NCBI RefSeq assembly: GCF_006345805.1
Contig: NC_042997.1
Span: forward strand, 40,796,001-40,860,000
Origin: Octopus sinensis
Taxonomy: Eukaryota
Direction of reading: 5' to 3'
Length of the DNA: 64,000 bases
Both the position numbers and the translations under genes were made by a program. Shown here in pieces: positions 37,356 to 48,404 of this stretch; position 1 is the first letter of the stretch; the number at the start of each line of letters is the position of its first letter. Under the pieces are notes generated by a model, which saw only the letters and a list, made by a program, of their open reading frames with translations, had not been told where the DNA came from and searched no databases.

Positions 37356-39619
37356 ATATTTTCTACATTTAAGTTTTCCAAAGCACTTTTTACTGAATTA
37401 TGTAAAATGTGTGCACTGCAATTGGCTTTAATAACACTGTTATTTAGTGTGAGAATGTTAGAATATAAAGAATGCTTTATTCCAAAATTGCAACTTGTAT
37501 TATCTGCAGTAAAACCTGAAACTCTTTCCCAGTCAAGTTGCAAATTGCCCAAAATCTTTCTCAAACGTCTAAACATGCCATCTACACTTTCATCAGCATT
37601 CTCAAAAAAGTCAATAATGTTATTATTCTCTGCACCATGTTCCATATTGAAATATTGAACACAAACGGGAAACATTTCCCTGTTTTGTTTTTTTGTGGCT
37701 AGAAATATCAATTTGAAGGCAAAACTATAGAGGAGGATCATGTTGTTTCGAATCTTTCAATGCTACCTCTAATGCTTTTTTGATGTAACACATTCGTAAC
37801 TATGGCCTCCGATTTGGTCCGACCACAAGATATCTTTCCAGCTACTTTGGAATCCTGGTAAAATTTTGAATTTAATTTCAAGCTACAATCAAGGGAGTTG
37901 TAGGAATGATTGTGTTTAACTGCATGATATATATTTGAGCTACTTCTACATTATCTTCTTCATTTGTATTGGCTTTTACGAAAGATTTATCAATTAAAGA
38001 TTTGGAAAGTGAAGCACTGCGGTTACTTTTATGCCTATCAGAAGTCTTGTGCTGTTTGATAGCTACAACAGCCATACAGCCAATTTTAAAGGTCCTATTA
38101 CGAGTAATGCATTTTGCCTCTTGTTGATTAATAAGTTGCTGCCAACCATTCATACTCCTTTTCCAGTTTTTGTTATACGAGCACAATCTCTTCTTTATCG
38201 CTGAGGGTTCCCCGTCACTACAAAATATTAAGCAGTCGCTGCTGTCCCGCCTTACTAATGCATTAAAACCTTATGAAAGAAAATAGTTGATTTAGCATTG
38301 AAATAAAATATATGTTCCAAAGCAAGGTCGAGAGTCGATGATGAATCATATACGCACACAGACGCCATTAGAAGATATTTAAAATATGTGACTATAGCTT
38401 AGGCTATGGTAGGTCTATTTAGCTTCTGAAAAAAGCAAATTCTGCTAGCGCATAAACCCCAGAATTTCTTATAACTTCAAACTCCTATATTCTCTAGCCT
38501 ACTTCTTTGCCATTTAATGGGTGTGTGTGTGTGTGTGCAAGAGAGCTAGCATCCAACTGAATTAGCGACAAGCACTGGGCCTCACAGGCTTGCGATGATG
38601 TCACTAGCTATATTGAATTTGAAAATAATAATTACTCATTGTAATTTTTCACCAACCATGACTATATGAAGTTAAAAGATAGTATGTGGCCCGACAAACA
38701 TGTATGTAAAATGTGCACAACTTGGAATGTGAACTGAAACTGAAATGGTAGCACTTGAAAAGTTGGTACATTCTTGTAACAGTGTAAAAATGATCATGTC
38801 TGGAAAACACACTTTCAATTAATATTGTTATCTGATATTAACATGAAATATTGGCACTACTGTTACAAGTTTTCTCACATAGATTTCACTGTTCTTCTGA
38901 TATTTATAACAAATTATGGCTTGATTTTGTGAAGGGCCTCATCACTACCTTGTTGTATAATACGCCATATTTGTTTTGGTTGTTCTTCTTCGTGAGTCCC
39001 AGCTCATTTCAGGCAGAGTTATTACCTTTCCAAATGTCCAACGGCACCTCCTTTTCTATGTTTTTTTTTTTTTTTCTTTTTTTTTCTTGGTGATGATTCT
39101 CATATTTAGTAACATAGTTTACGATTTTCTCGTTTTCCCAAAATGAGTGCCTTCGGTTTTGAAATGGAGAATCGAGTTATACATAAAACGAGGCTAATTT
39201 TACACCCTGGTCTGCGCTCTGTGCTTCTGGTATTGTGCACAGAAGCAGAGTTGACAGTCCGTACTTGCACAAGAAGTAAACGCTTTTGCAGTCACATCTT
39301 GAGAGCGGGAAATTGAACTAACAGTCAAAACGATTTCAAAATAAAGGACAAATAATGTCATTTCAAATCTCAATAAAGGACAAGGGCAAATAGTGCTGAA
39401 TAAAGGACGGTTGGCAACCCTAGCACGAAATAGCGAGGGGTGTGTGGATCAGTTTTGGAATTTCCTCATAGAAAATTTGAAATTAATTATCTACCCCCCC
39501 CCCATATTTTTAATCGGCAAAATTACGGCATGAGAACCGTTACTGTCAACCAGGAGCACGTGCTTTTGTTTACATTGGAAGAATAAGATTGTCGCTTTCC
39601 GTAAATTAAACATTTTGTA

Positions 39620-40245
39620 AAAATATATGTGGGGTGGCGAGGAAGGGTATCTTTTCAAGTCGGCGTAAAAGCGAGACAGAGAGAGCACGATTGGATCGGG
39701 GAAGTTCTTTTGAAGTTGGCCTCTGTGTGAATGCTACAATTTTGTTCCTGCTGCTCACTTTTTCTTTCTCTCGGTTTATTTTTTATATTTGTTGGCGATT
39801 TAATGATCAGATTCATAGATACGTTATTATTATTATTATTATTTTTCGTTTATATTTGTTTTGAAATGTATTATATAAATACAGGCCCGTAATTCTTTTC
39901 TTGAAGCCCTTGGATGCAGAGACGTCGTTTTGCACACACACACACACACACACACCTGTACACACGCCTATGCACACAAACACAGACACACACACACAAG
40001 CACAGACACACAAGCGCCGACGCACGCAAGCACAGACACACACACACACACACACACAAGCACGCACAGACACACAAGCGCCAACGCACACACTTAAGCA
40101 CACGCGCGCACACACACATTAATTCTTCAGATTCACCCCAACTTCAAAAGAACTTCCCTCATACAATCGTACCCTCTCTGTCTCTTTTGCTTTCACGCCG
40201 ACTTCAAAAGATCCCATTTCCCACCAACACCATATGTAAAAAAAT
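39620..40245. mobile_element. Foldback/MITE-like element with ~110-bp TIRs around a compound (CA) microsatellite
   Basis: TCTTTTCAAGTCGGCGTAAAAGCGAGACAGAGAG..GAAGTTCTTTTGAAGTTGG (39649-39720) pairs with CCAACTTCAAAAGAACTTCC..CTCTCTGTCTC..ACGCCGACTTCAAAAGA (40138-40212). Confidence 0.75.
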
Positions 40246-40769
40246 AAAAACTTTCCACGCTGATTGAAAAACAAAAAAAAAAAGAAAATTCGAAAAAAGT
40301 TAAAATATAAAAATGAGGAGGGAGGGACTTAATATTATGAGAAAATGGTTCATTGCATATTCAAAAAAAGGGCGATTTTCGTGCTGGTGTACTAGTCAAC
40401 ATTAACCTTATCCATATCTATAAAAGGCAGGCTGTGAATGTAATTTATGCATGTCCACAAATTAGCTCGCAAATTTAAGGACATTGGTCATGACCATGGC
40501 TGTGTTTTTGTCAACTTATTTTCCCAGAAGCAACCGCAAATAGCGGTAAAAATCGATTTTCAACCATAACTCTTAGCAATTTCCACGTCAATGAAATCCT
40601 TAAGTTTGCTAACATTAGTTAAGTCCCCTGTATAGCAATGGCAAAAAAGGAAATCAAAAGGTAAATTTTGACATTAACACCCGCAAGATTTTCACTAAGA
40701 AAAAAAAAAAAGAAAACGGATTTTTTTCATAGAATCCAGTACCCTGAGAGAGAGAAGAAGGCCAGCAAT

Positions 40770-40935
40770 TTCATGGGAGGGGGTGAGTTAATTATATTGT
40801 TCCCCGGGTGTACAACTGGTACTTATTTTATAGACCCGGAAAAGATGAAAGGCAAAGTCAACCTTGATGGAATTTGAACTCAGAACGTAAAGCCAGAGGG
40901 AATGCTGCTAAGCATTTTGCCCAGCATGCTAATGG
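40770..40935 (-). mobile_element. SINE (37142 family), degraded
   Basis: AAGATGAAAGGCAAAGTCAACC..AATTTGAACTCAGAACGTA..GCTAGCTTGCCGCC is the reverse complement of the 37142 family. Confidence 0.75.
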
Positions 40936-40974
40936 TTCTGCTAGCTTGCCGCCTTCAGCCTGCATTTTATATTA

Positions 40975-41320
40975 AAAGGATAAAGACCCCTTTCAGTCAT
41001 GAATGGCCATGGGATTGCACCTAGAAAGTTCTCCTCCAAGGCACAAGTCCAGGCAAGGTTTGTTTATGGAAGACCAGCAGTCACCCATCCATACCAGCCC
41101 CCTCTCTCCCCACCACCAATGTTATCCAAGGGAAAGGCAAAGACCAATATAGCGTGGCACCAGTGATGTGGAAACTCATTGCTACAGCTCACTGAACAAG
41201 GAGCATTGTGAAAGAAAGTGTCTTGCTCAAGAACATAACACACAACCCGGTCTGGAAATTGAACTCATTACCTCATGATTGTGAGCCCGATGCTTCAACC
41301 ACTGAGCCATGCACCTTCAT
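40975..41320 (-). mobile_element. tRNA-derived SINE of another family
   Basis: 3' end GTGTCTTGCTCAAGAACATAACAC..AATTGAACTC..CAACCACTGAGCCATGCACC is the reverse complement of a tRNA head with A and B boxes. Confidence 0.65.
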
Positions 41321-41487
41321 GTATTTTAATTTTGAGCAATAATTATTTCTAAAGTAAAAAAGATAAAAAATGACAACAACACTGTGTGAATGATAGAGAA
41401 ATATTCTATTGAATAGTTTTATTCTTACAAAAGACCGTGGGATTGCACCTAGAATTAGAGAATTTCCTGTATTTTCTTTGTCTTTCT

Positions 41488-41493
41488 TTTATT
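41488..41493 (-). terminator. Candidate polyadenylation signal (AATAAA) of the PARP-like gene
   Basis: AATAAA on the minus strand ~50 nt after the TGA. A second one lies at 41418-41423. Confidence 0.45.
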
Positions 41494-41542
41494 GAATATA
41501 TTCCTGTTCATTTTATATGTGTTTTATGAATTGCAATTATAT

Positions 41543-41811
41543 TCAATGATTAGAGAATGTAATCAAATAATTAGGATATGCCTGAGAGTCATGAAAAGTA
41601 ACATAAATATTGGGTCTTTGAAAATTATCAATAGCAGAATTGTAAGAACCATGTAAAACTTTTAGTCCATGGTGTCCTAGCATCACTCTTCCCACAAGAA
41701 CACTGCATTGGTATATTCTCTTTATTCCGTTATGGTCAGGAGTAGAATAGGTATCATTTGCAGAATAATAGATGTCTCTGGCAAAATAAACACCTTCACC
41801 ATATGCTGTGG
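41543..41811 (-). CDS. PARP14/15-like mono-ADP-ribosyltransferase, terminal exon (ART domain C-half)
   Basis: Polypyrimidine tract plus AG (tctttttttctcttcttag), phase 1. Reads (A)TAYGEGVYFARDIYYSANDTYSTPDHNGIKRIYQCSVLVGRVMLGHHGLKVLHGSYNSAIDNFQRPNIYVTFHDSQAYPNYLITFSNH*, 269 nt. Not in the ORF track. Confidence 0.93.
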
Positions 41812-41929
41812 CTAAGAAGAGAAAAAAAGATATATATGTGTGTGTGTGTATATATATATATATATGCTAATATTTATATAAAATGAATGGTAGAACTGAA
41901 AGTCCTAAAAGTTTATGATTACATAAATA

Positions 41930-42180
41930 TCATCATTTCATGTCTGTTTTTGGACGGTTTGACTGAAAACTGGTAAGCTGGGGAGCTGCACCAGGTTCCA
42001 ATCTGATCTGACATGGTTCATACAGCTGGATGCCCTTACTAACGCCGACCAGTCTAAAAGTATAGTGGGTGCTTTTTATGTGCCACCGGTAGAGGTGCCA
42101 CTTATGACACACTGGCATTGGCCATAACTACGATCTTACTTGGATGACAGATCTTCTCAAGCATGGTATATTGCCAAAGG
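41930..42180 (-). mobile_element. RTE family 2 3'UTR fragment (intronic)
   Basis: CATCATTTCATGTCTGTTTT..CAGCTGGATGCCCTT..GTGCTTTTTATGTGCCACCGG matches 48405-48660. Confidence 0.75.
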
Positions 42181-42221
42181 TATCGGTCACTTCTCACTGC
42201 CTCCCTGAGGCAAAATGTAAT

Positions 42222-42303
42222 TGACAAGGATGAGATTTGAACTCATGGGCGGAGACCCCAATGGATTAGCAGCCAATTACCTTCACTGCTCAACCAAGGC
42301 ACT
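42222..42303 (-). pseudogene. tRNA-Ser(GCT) pseudogene / tRNA-derived fragment
   Basis: Minus strand ..GGCTGCTAATCCATTGGGGTCTCCGCCCATGAGTTCAAATCTCATCCTTGTCA has a GCT anticodon arm, long variable arm and T-arm, with CpG-type decay and a broken acceptor stem. Confidence 0.6.
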
Positions 42304-42619
42304 GGTATTTATAATAACAAAGGTTCCAGTTGATCTGATCAATGGAACAGCCTGCCAGTGAAATTAATCTGCAAGTGGCTGAGCACTCCACAGACATGTG
42401 TGCCCTTAACACAGTTCTCAGGGAGATTCAACATAACACAATATATATATATATATCTCAAGGACAGGTCATTAAGAATGAAATGTCTGGTTTTCTTATG
42501 CACCAAGTTTGACAGTCATTAACTCTAATGTTTTATCCTGACAATTCTCTGTTTTGCAACATTGAAGAGTTACTTATTCACTTTCATGGTGTTTGATTAT
42601 ATTGTAAGTTTTCTCTTGT

Positions 42620-43250
42620 AAATCAATTTTTGTGAAGCCATGGACAGATTAAAAATTTGAGTTGTTTATGAATACGAGTTCTGTCATGGAACCAAATTAT
42701 CTCAGACAGCTTGAAACATCAATGGAGTGTTTGGTAAAGATGTGGCAAATGAGTGCACTGTACATTTGAGAAGTTCCGGTCTGGTGACTTTACTCTTGAA
42801 AATCAGCCCCATGGTAGACCTGAGACCAAGGTGGATAATGATGAGCTGGAAACCAGTGGAAATGGATACATCTCAAACTACGCGTGAGTTAGTAGCAAGG
42901 TTTGATGTTTCAATTCCAACTGCTTTGGTCCATTTGAAACAAATTGGCAAGGTAAATAAGCTGAACAAGTGGGTAACACACAAACTGAACGAGCATCAAA
43001 TGACACGTCATCTTGAAACTTGCTGTTCTTTACTGTTCACGGCATAAAAGCAAACCATTTTTGCATTGTATTGTTACGTGTGATGAAAAATGGATTCTTT
43101 TGAACAATAGCAATGTTCTGCATGGTGGTGGTATAGAGACGAAGTGCCAAAACACAACCCAAGAAAGAAATATTCACCAAAATAGGTAATGGAATCTGTT
43201 TGGTGGTCCAGCGCTGGTGTCATCCACTACAGCTTCATGAGTCAATTACA
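42620..43250 (+). mobile_element. mariner transposase relic (intronic, antisense to the PARP gene)
   Basis: YEYEFCHG..NINGVFGKDVANE.., LKQIGKVNKLNKWVTHKL, CDEKW and VWWSSAGVIHY, in broken frames. Confidence 0.85.
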
Positions 43251-44011
43251 GTGGATGTATACAATATTGCCAATATTTACCATTGAACTTGTTTGGATGG
43301 CATTTTGTGGAACATCACTCTTCTACTCTCCCCATATCCATATTCACCATACACATTAAAATCTAATTCCAAATGATGATAAAATAGTTAGTGAGAGAAG
43401 ATCATTTGAGATATCTAAATGGAGTGACCTCTGTTTATCAGATTTCTGTACAGTTATTAAATGTCCCTTAACCAATTTCTAGGCCGTAGCAGACATTGAA
43501 TATTTCAATGAGAGTTAACAACACTGTATTGATTATGTCAGTATATCTATAATTGACACACTCAGAATGGTGATTGCTAGGCCTGGTGTTCGCTTGTTGA
43601 TATTTCTGTCCAGTCCTGCCGACCTACCACTACACCTAGTCCTTCTTCCCCAAAACATTACCCCTCTGGAATTCTACCCCTTCTCTTATCTTTCCTGCAA
43701 TATTTTCATTTACAAAGGTTCAAGAGGAACATTAATGGATGGGGACACCCTTCCTCCCAATCCAAATAAAAGTGTTGGTTCCACAATAATAAAATACACC
43801 TGGTTTACTCTAGAGCAGAAGATGTTAGGAAGGGGACCTGGCAGTAGAAACGATGCCAAACATGGAATGTGTGGGCAACATGGCATCCTCTCTGTGTGAG
43901 AAAGGATTCTAAACAGCAATCAATGTGGAGAGTGACTGCCCAGCTCAAGACAATAGGAAGGGCGGGTAGATGATGATGATATGATGATGATGTTGATTAT
44001 AATTATCTTAC

Positions 44012-44189
44012 CATTTTTACCACAATAGCTACGGTTGAATCCTGATTTATTTATTCCATCAACAGATCTTTCAGCAGTACCATGCCAAAGGCCATCAACT
44101 TCATTTGTAATGTTTGGATTTTCTACCTCAAACTTTCTTTTCAATGCTTGGTATCCATGGTATAATGTTTTATTTTGAATTCTCTCAAT
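44012..44189 (-). CDS. PARP14/15-like exon (ART domain N-half, catalytic His)
   Basis: tttctacag|IERIQNKTLYHGYQALKRKFEVENPNITNEVDGLWHGTAERSVDGINKSGFNRSYCGKN-G|gtaag, 178 nt, phase 0 to phase 1. Confidence 0.93.
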
Positions 44190-44454
44190 CTGTAGAAAGG
44201 AAAATTCACTTCTTTGACAAGGAAAAACGTTTGTGGTGAAAAACCCCGACCTATCTGCTTTTATTTTCTTTTTTATTTGATACCAATTTTGATTCAACTG
44301 TAAATTTTGGTAAGGCACAATAGTTTAGCTGCAAAATGGTGTTGCATGTACAATTCAATGCAAGAAGTTAAAGCAGAGGTATTTTTGTTGAGCAAAGATT
44401 TCTTGTGAATATCCAAAAACACATAGAACAATCCCCAAATAAGTTCATACATCT

Positions 44455-44800
44455 TCATCATCATCGTTTAATATCCACCTTCTATGCTGGCATGGGTGGG
44501 ATGGTTTGACAGGATCTGGCCAGCCAGAGGCCAGCACCAGACTTCTGTGTCTGTTTTAGCAGGCTTTTTACAGCTGGATGCCCTTCCAAATGCCAACCAC
44601 TTTACAGTGTGGAGTGGATGCTTTTTAAATGGCACCAGCACAGACAGGGTCACCAAGTAACTTGCAAGACAAGGATCCTTTGAGAAGGGAGGAGGCATTG
44701 GAGGAGGGGATCTTGTGTCAGATGTTGAAAAGTTATAGTGAGACAAGACAGAGAGAGGTAAAGGTTAAGGACAGAAGCAGGTATGCTGCCGCAAAGAAGA
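44455..44800 (-). mobile_element. RTE family 2-like 3'UTR fragment (intronic)
   Basis: CATCATCATCGTTTAATATCCACC..CAGCTGGATGCCCTTCC matches the (GAT)n-tailed 3' end at 48405 and 62075. Confidence 0.7.
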
Positions 44801-44904
44801 TGCAACGAGAATTAAATCTTTTATACAAAAAAAATGTCTCTTAACATTTTGTTTTAACAATAAACCATCAAATATTCTTTATAAACAGAAATAAAAATAC
44901 AAAC

Positions 44905-45038
44905 TTTGATTATACGACAGGAAGGCAAATTCTGATCGAAAGTGGCCTTGATGTCATCATATTCTGGTCCATTTTTGACTGGAACAATTTTAATTAATTC
45001 CTCGTTTTCCATTGTTGACCATGTATTAGGGATCAATT
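44905..45038 (-). CDS. PARP14/15-like exon (start of ART domain)
   Basis: ctctag|(E)LIPNTWSTMENEELIKIVPVKNGPEYDDIKATFDQNLPSCRIIK|gtttgt, 134 nt, phase 1 to phase 0. Confidence 0.9.
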
Positions 45039-45454
45039 CTAGAGTCCAAACAGAAATCAAATATTTCAGAACAAAATTAAAATTATGAACCCTTTTTCTA
45101 TTGAAAGTTTAAAACAATAAACAAGAATATTTTGATTAATTTTCGGGTTTAGACAAGAAATACTGCCAACCAGGATGGTGTGAATCAGCCCTGCTTTACC
45201 TGCTAGAAATAATAACACAAATACTTTTAAATCAGATCTCAATGTTGGATGTTCAAGAACCAAATAAAGGGCAGATTTTCAATCCTGAGATCATTCTGAT
45301 TCCAAAAAGATATAATATTTCTGTTGCGCATTTGTAGACTGAAGTATAGAGGTTCCAGACATTCAGACAGAATATCACTTTTATTATAATAGCTAAAAAA
45401 AAAGCCCACCAAAAAATAAACAAGAATGTCTTTATAGTAAAAATATGCACGTAC

Positions 45455-45824
45455 CGTCCTTTAGGTTCTGTTTTCTCTTCATTTTAAAATCACTCCCTCT
45501 GAGTTGAAAACTCATTTTCTGAAAATCGTATCTTCTGTTGTTCCAATCAAGGAATTTCTTTTGCAGTGAGTATGCTTTCTCAAGCTTGGCATTTACTTTG
45601 TCTTCAAACATTTGTTGGTTTGCTGGAAAATTTTCATCATAGTAAGACCATTGTACCATTGTTTTAAGAAGAGTTTCCTCGTCAGTTTCTTTGAATTCCA
45701 TTAATAATGATTGGACAGAGATTTTAGCATCTTTTACATGAGAATGTCTGCCATAAATTGTAATTGTTTCACTGATAGAAATCTGGATTTTATGTGTTCT
45801 ACTAATATTCCTTAAACTCAGCTT
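45455..45824 (-). CDS. PARP14/15-like exon (KH-like segment + WWE domain)
   Basis: ttttttttcag|KLSLRNISRTHKIQISISETITIYGRHSHVKDAKISVQSLLMEFKE..VQWSYY..NAKLEKAY..RYDFQKM..NLKD-G|gtacgt, 370 nt open, phase 0 to phase 1. Confidence 0.85.
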
Positions 45825-46119
45825 CTGAAAAAAAAAATCAACAAAAAAAAAAATATATATATATGTATATAAATAGAGAGAGAGAGAGAGCTCACCACTG
45901 CCGCTAACACCTGTTACTAAGAATCACTATCACAGTGGGTTCCACTTCATTTGTTAATTTTCCTTTTGAAGGTTTTTGCAGTTCTAATGTGAAAAATAAT
46001 TTAATGTCCACACTCGACTCTGAGTAAGTCTATGTGCAAATAAGTACGTATGTACTAACTTGTGTTCACAATTACTAATGCTAGGGTGCCACTCCCCCCA
46101 CGCCATACACATTTATGCA

Positions 46120-48335
46120 CATGAATTTCAAAATCCAACTGAAGAACTAGGAAGGAATTCAATATGAAAAGAGGACTTCACCCAAGAGCCAGAGTAGCAA
46201 GATTTTACTTACTTAGAATGGAAGGTGAAAGATGGCTAATATGAGTAGAAGACTGTGTGGAGTAACCTGGGGTAGATATAGTCTCTTGTGTAGGTAATAG
46301 TGAAGTGAGTTTATTAAGAGCTGCCAGAGACACAGCAGAACATAGGGAAACCAAAAAGCTAAATGATATCAAAAACTAGAAAAAAGAAGAAAGATTATTT
46401 GACAGCCAATGGAAGGCTTAGCATGGTGACTCCCAAGGATAGTTGCAAGAAATAATAATAGTGAGACATAATTATGGTTGAAGAAATGAAGGCTGAAAAG
46501 GAATGTATTAGAGAGCTGAAGAGAATGGAAAGCATGGTACCATTGGCTGAGGGTAATAAGCTCACTATGCATGCAAGACTGCAGGAGCTCCAATGAATCC
46601 TGTGATAAAAAATGGTGTAGACCCAAAGTGCTGATACTGCAACGATGGGATTGAAACAGTGGACCACCTAATCTCTGGGTGTAATGATTTAGCACCTGTA
46701 GAGTATAAATCAAGACATGACAGTGTCGACCAATATCTACTTTGGATAATGTATCAGTGTCATAAAATCAAAATTGCTGACAAATGGTACAAGCACCACC
46801 CTGAGGCTGTTAGAGAGGGAGAAAATGTAACGATTCTTTGGGACTTCCCAGTATGTACAGATGTGACCATCAAAGCTAATAAACCAGAAATTATTGTGAA
46901 AGACCAAAACAATAAAGCCTGTTTATTGATTGATGTGAGCGTACTTTGTGACTATGATATCTCAGCAAAAGAATTTGATAAGCTCAGAAAATATAACGAT
47001 CTGCTGATTGAAATCAAAAAGATGTGGCATCTCAAGATGGCTACAATACCAGTGATTGTAGGAGCACTTGGAATGATCAAAAAAGGAACTGAAAATTATT
47101 TAAGAATGATCCTTGGCTTATCATCCATGCAGGAAGTGCAAAAGATTGTCTTAACTGGTAACTGGTCACACGTATTGAGAAGAGCATCGTTGCTGTGAAT
47201 TTTCTTTCCTTTTTCCCTTTTATTTTCTTTGTTTATTTTTTCTTTTTCTTCTGTTTCTTCTCTTTTTCTCTATCACATGACTTTGTAAATGAACAATCTG
47301 CTGTGTTTATTTTAATGGCCTACCAATGTATACAGTACATTTCTCTGCCCTAGGTGTCAGGAAGACACTTAGCAAGAAATAGAAACAGAACTGAAAGATG
47401 ATAATGAAAATAACGATAACAATAATAAGAGGACTAATAATAAAAAGAGAGCTAATATCGGTAGAAGACTGCATGGAGTTAGAATAGATATAGACTACTA
47501 TGTAAGTTGTAGTAAAGAAGGTTTGGAAACCAACCAAAATACCAAACGAACTTAAAAATCAGAAAAAAGGAACAGAAATTATCTGACTGGCAGGAGAAGG
47601 CATTGCATGGTAGATTTCCAAAGATAGTTTCAGTAAATAGTAGTAGTGAGACATGGTTATGTTTGCTTAAAGGATGGCTGTATAGGGAGACAGAAAGTTT
47701 GTTAGTAGCAGCACAAAATCATGCATTAACGACTAATTGGATAAAGGCCAAGATAGACAATAACCAAGTAGATTCCCAGTGTAGGTTATGCAAATCAAAA
47801 GAGAAAAGTGTTACTCATATAGTAAGTGAATGTAACATGATGTCAAAGAAAGAATACAAGAAAAGACAACCCAGAGAGAGCAATCCACAGGGTGTTATGT
47901 AGAAAGCTGAGATTTGACCATACTAATAAATCATATGAACACAAACCTAGTAGAGTACTAGATATAAAAAATACAAGATGTGAGACATTAACATTCAGAT
48001 TGACAGAGGAACAGAATTTAGGCCTGATTTAGTAGTTATAGACAAAGAGAACAGAAAGTGCTATATAACTGATTTTATAGTCCCAAATGATGAAAAAATT
48101 AATATGAAAAGTATAGAAAAAATAGCAAAGTACCAGGACCTAGCCATTGAATTACAGAGACTATAGAAAGTGAGTGTAAAAGGTATCCCTGTAGTTATAC
48201 GTGCATTAGGAACTATCCCTAAAGATCTGAACAGATGGATAGAGGAAATAGACATAAAACCCTGTTTAGTACAGTGGCAGAAAACAGTGTTATTAGGGAC
48301 AGCTAGGATACTTAGGAGGGTTCTTGGCATCTAAG
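46120..48335 (+). mobile_element. Cluster of head-to-tail R4/Dong-clade LINE 3' fragments (restriction-like endonuclease)
   Basis: GLHPRARVARFYLLRMEG (46160-46240); ORF 46659-47198 DHLISGC..RHD..ILWDF..NKPEI..IDVS..KLRKY..IPVIVGALG; AAT-rich tail ~47400; ORF 47603-47902 HGRF..AAQNHAL..CRLC..HIVSEC; then RPDLV..KYQDL..PVVIRALG. Confidence 0.88.
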
Positions 48336-48404
48336 GTTACTCTGTTGTAGCCTGATGTTAGGAATTTTTCTTTTCAACAGTCTAATCTGTTGTACATATA
48401 TGAA

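Larger units (their letters stand above)
33827..39422 (-). mobile_element. hAT DNA transposon (Blackjack-like TIR), ~5.6 kb, with broken transposase
   Basis: TIRs AGGGTTGCCAAC (33828-33839) and GTTGGCAACCCTA (39410-39422). Imperfect 8-bp flanks GGATGAAG / GCACGAAA match at 5 of 8. Minus-strand ORFs 37878-38186, 36938-37741 (FTADNT, CSAHILHN, TRWLSL) and 36271-36576 lead into a hATC-like motif (ERVF..KWRDERNR). Confidence 0.85.

Noticed and set aside
43567-43919. Extra PARP exon between 44012 and 41811
   Set aside because: The flanking exons already join in frame into a complete ART domain, and this segment looks like retroelement UTR with no PARP motifs.
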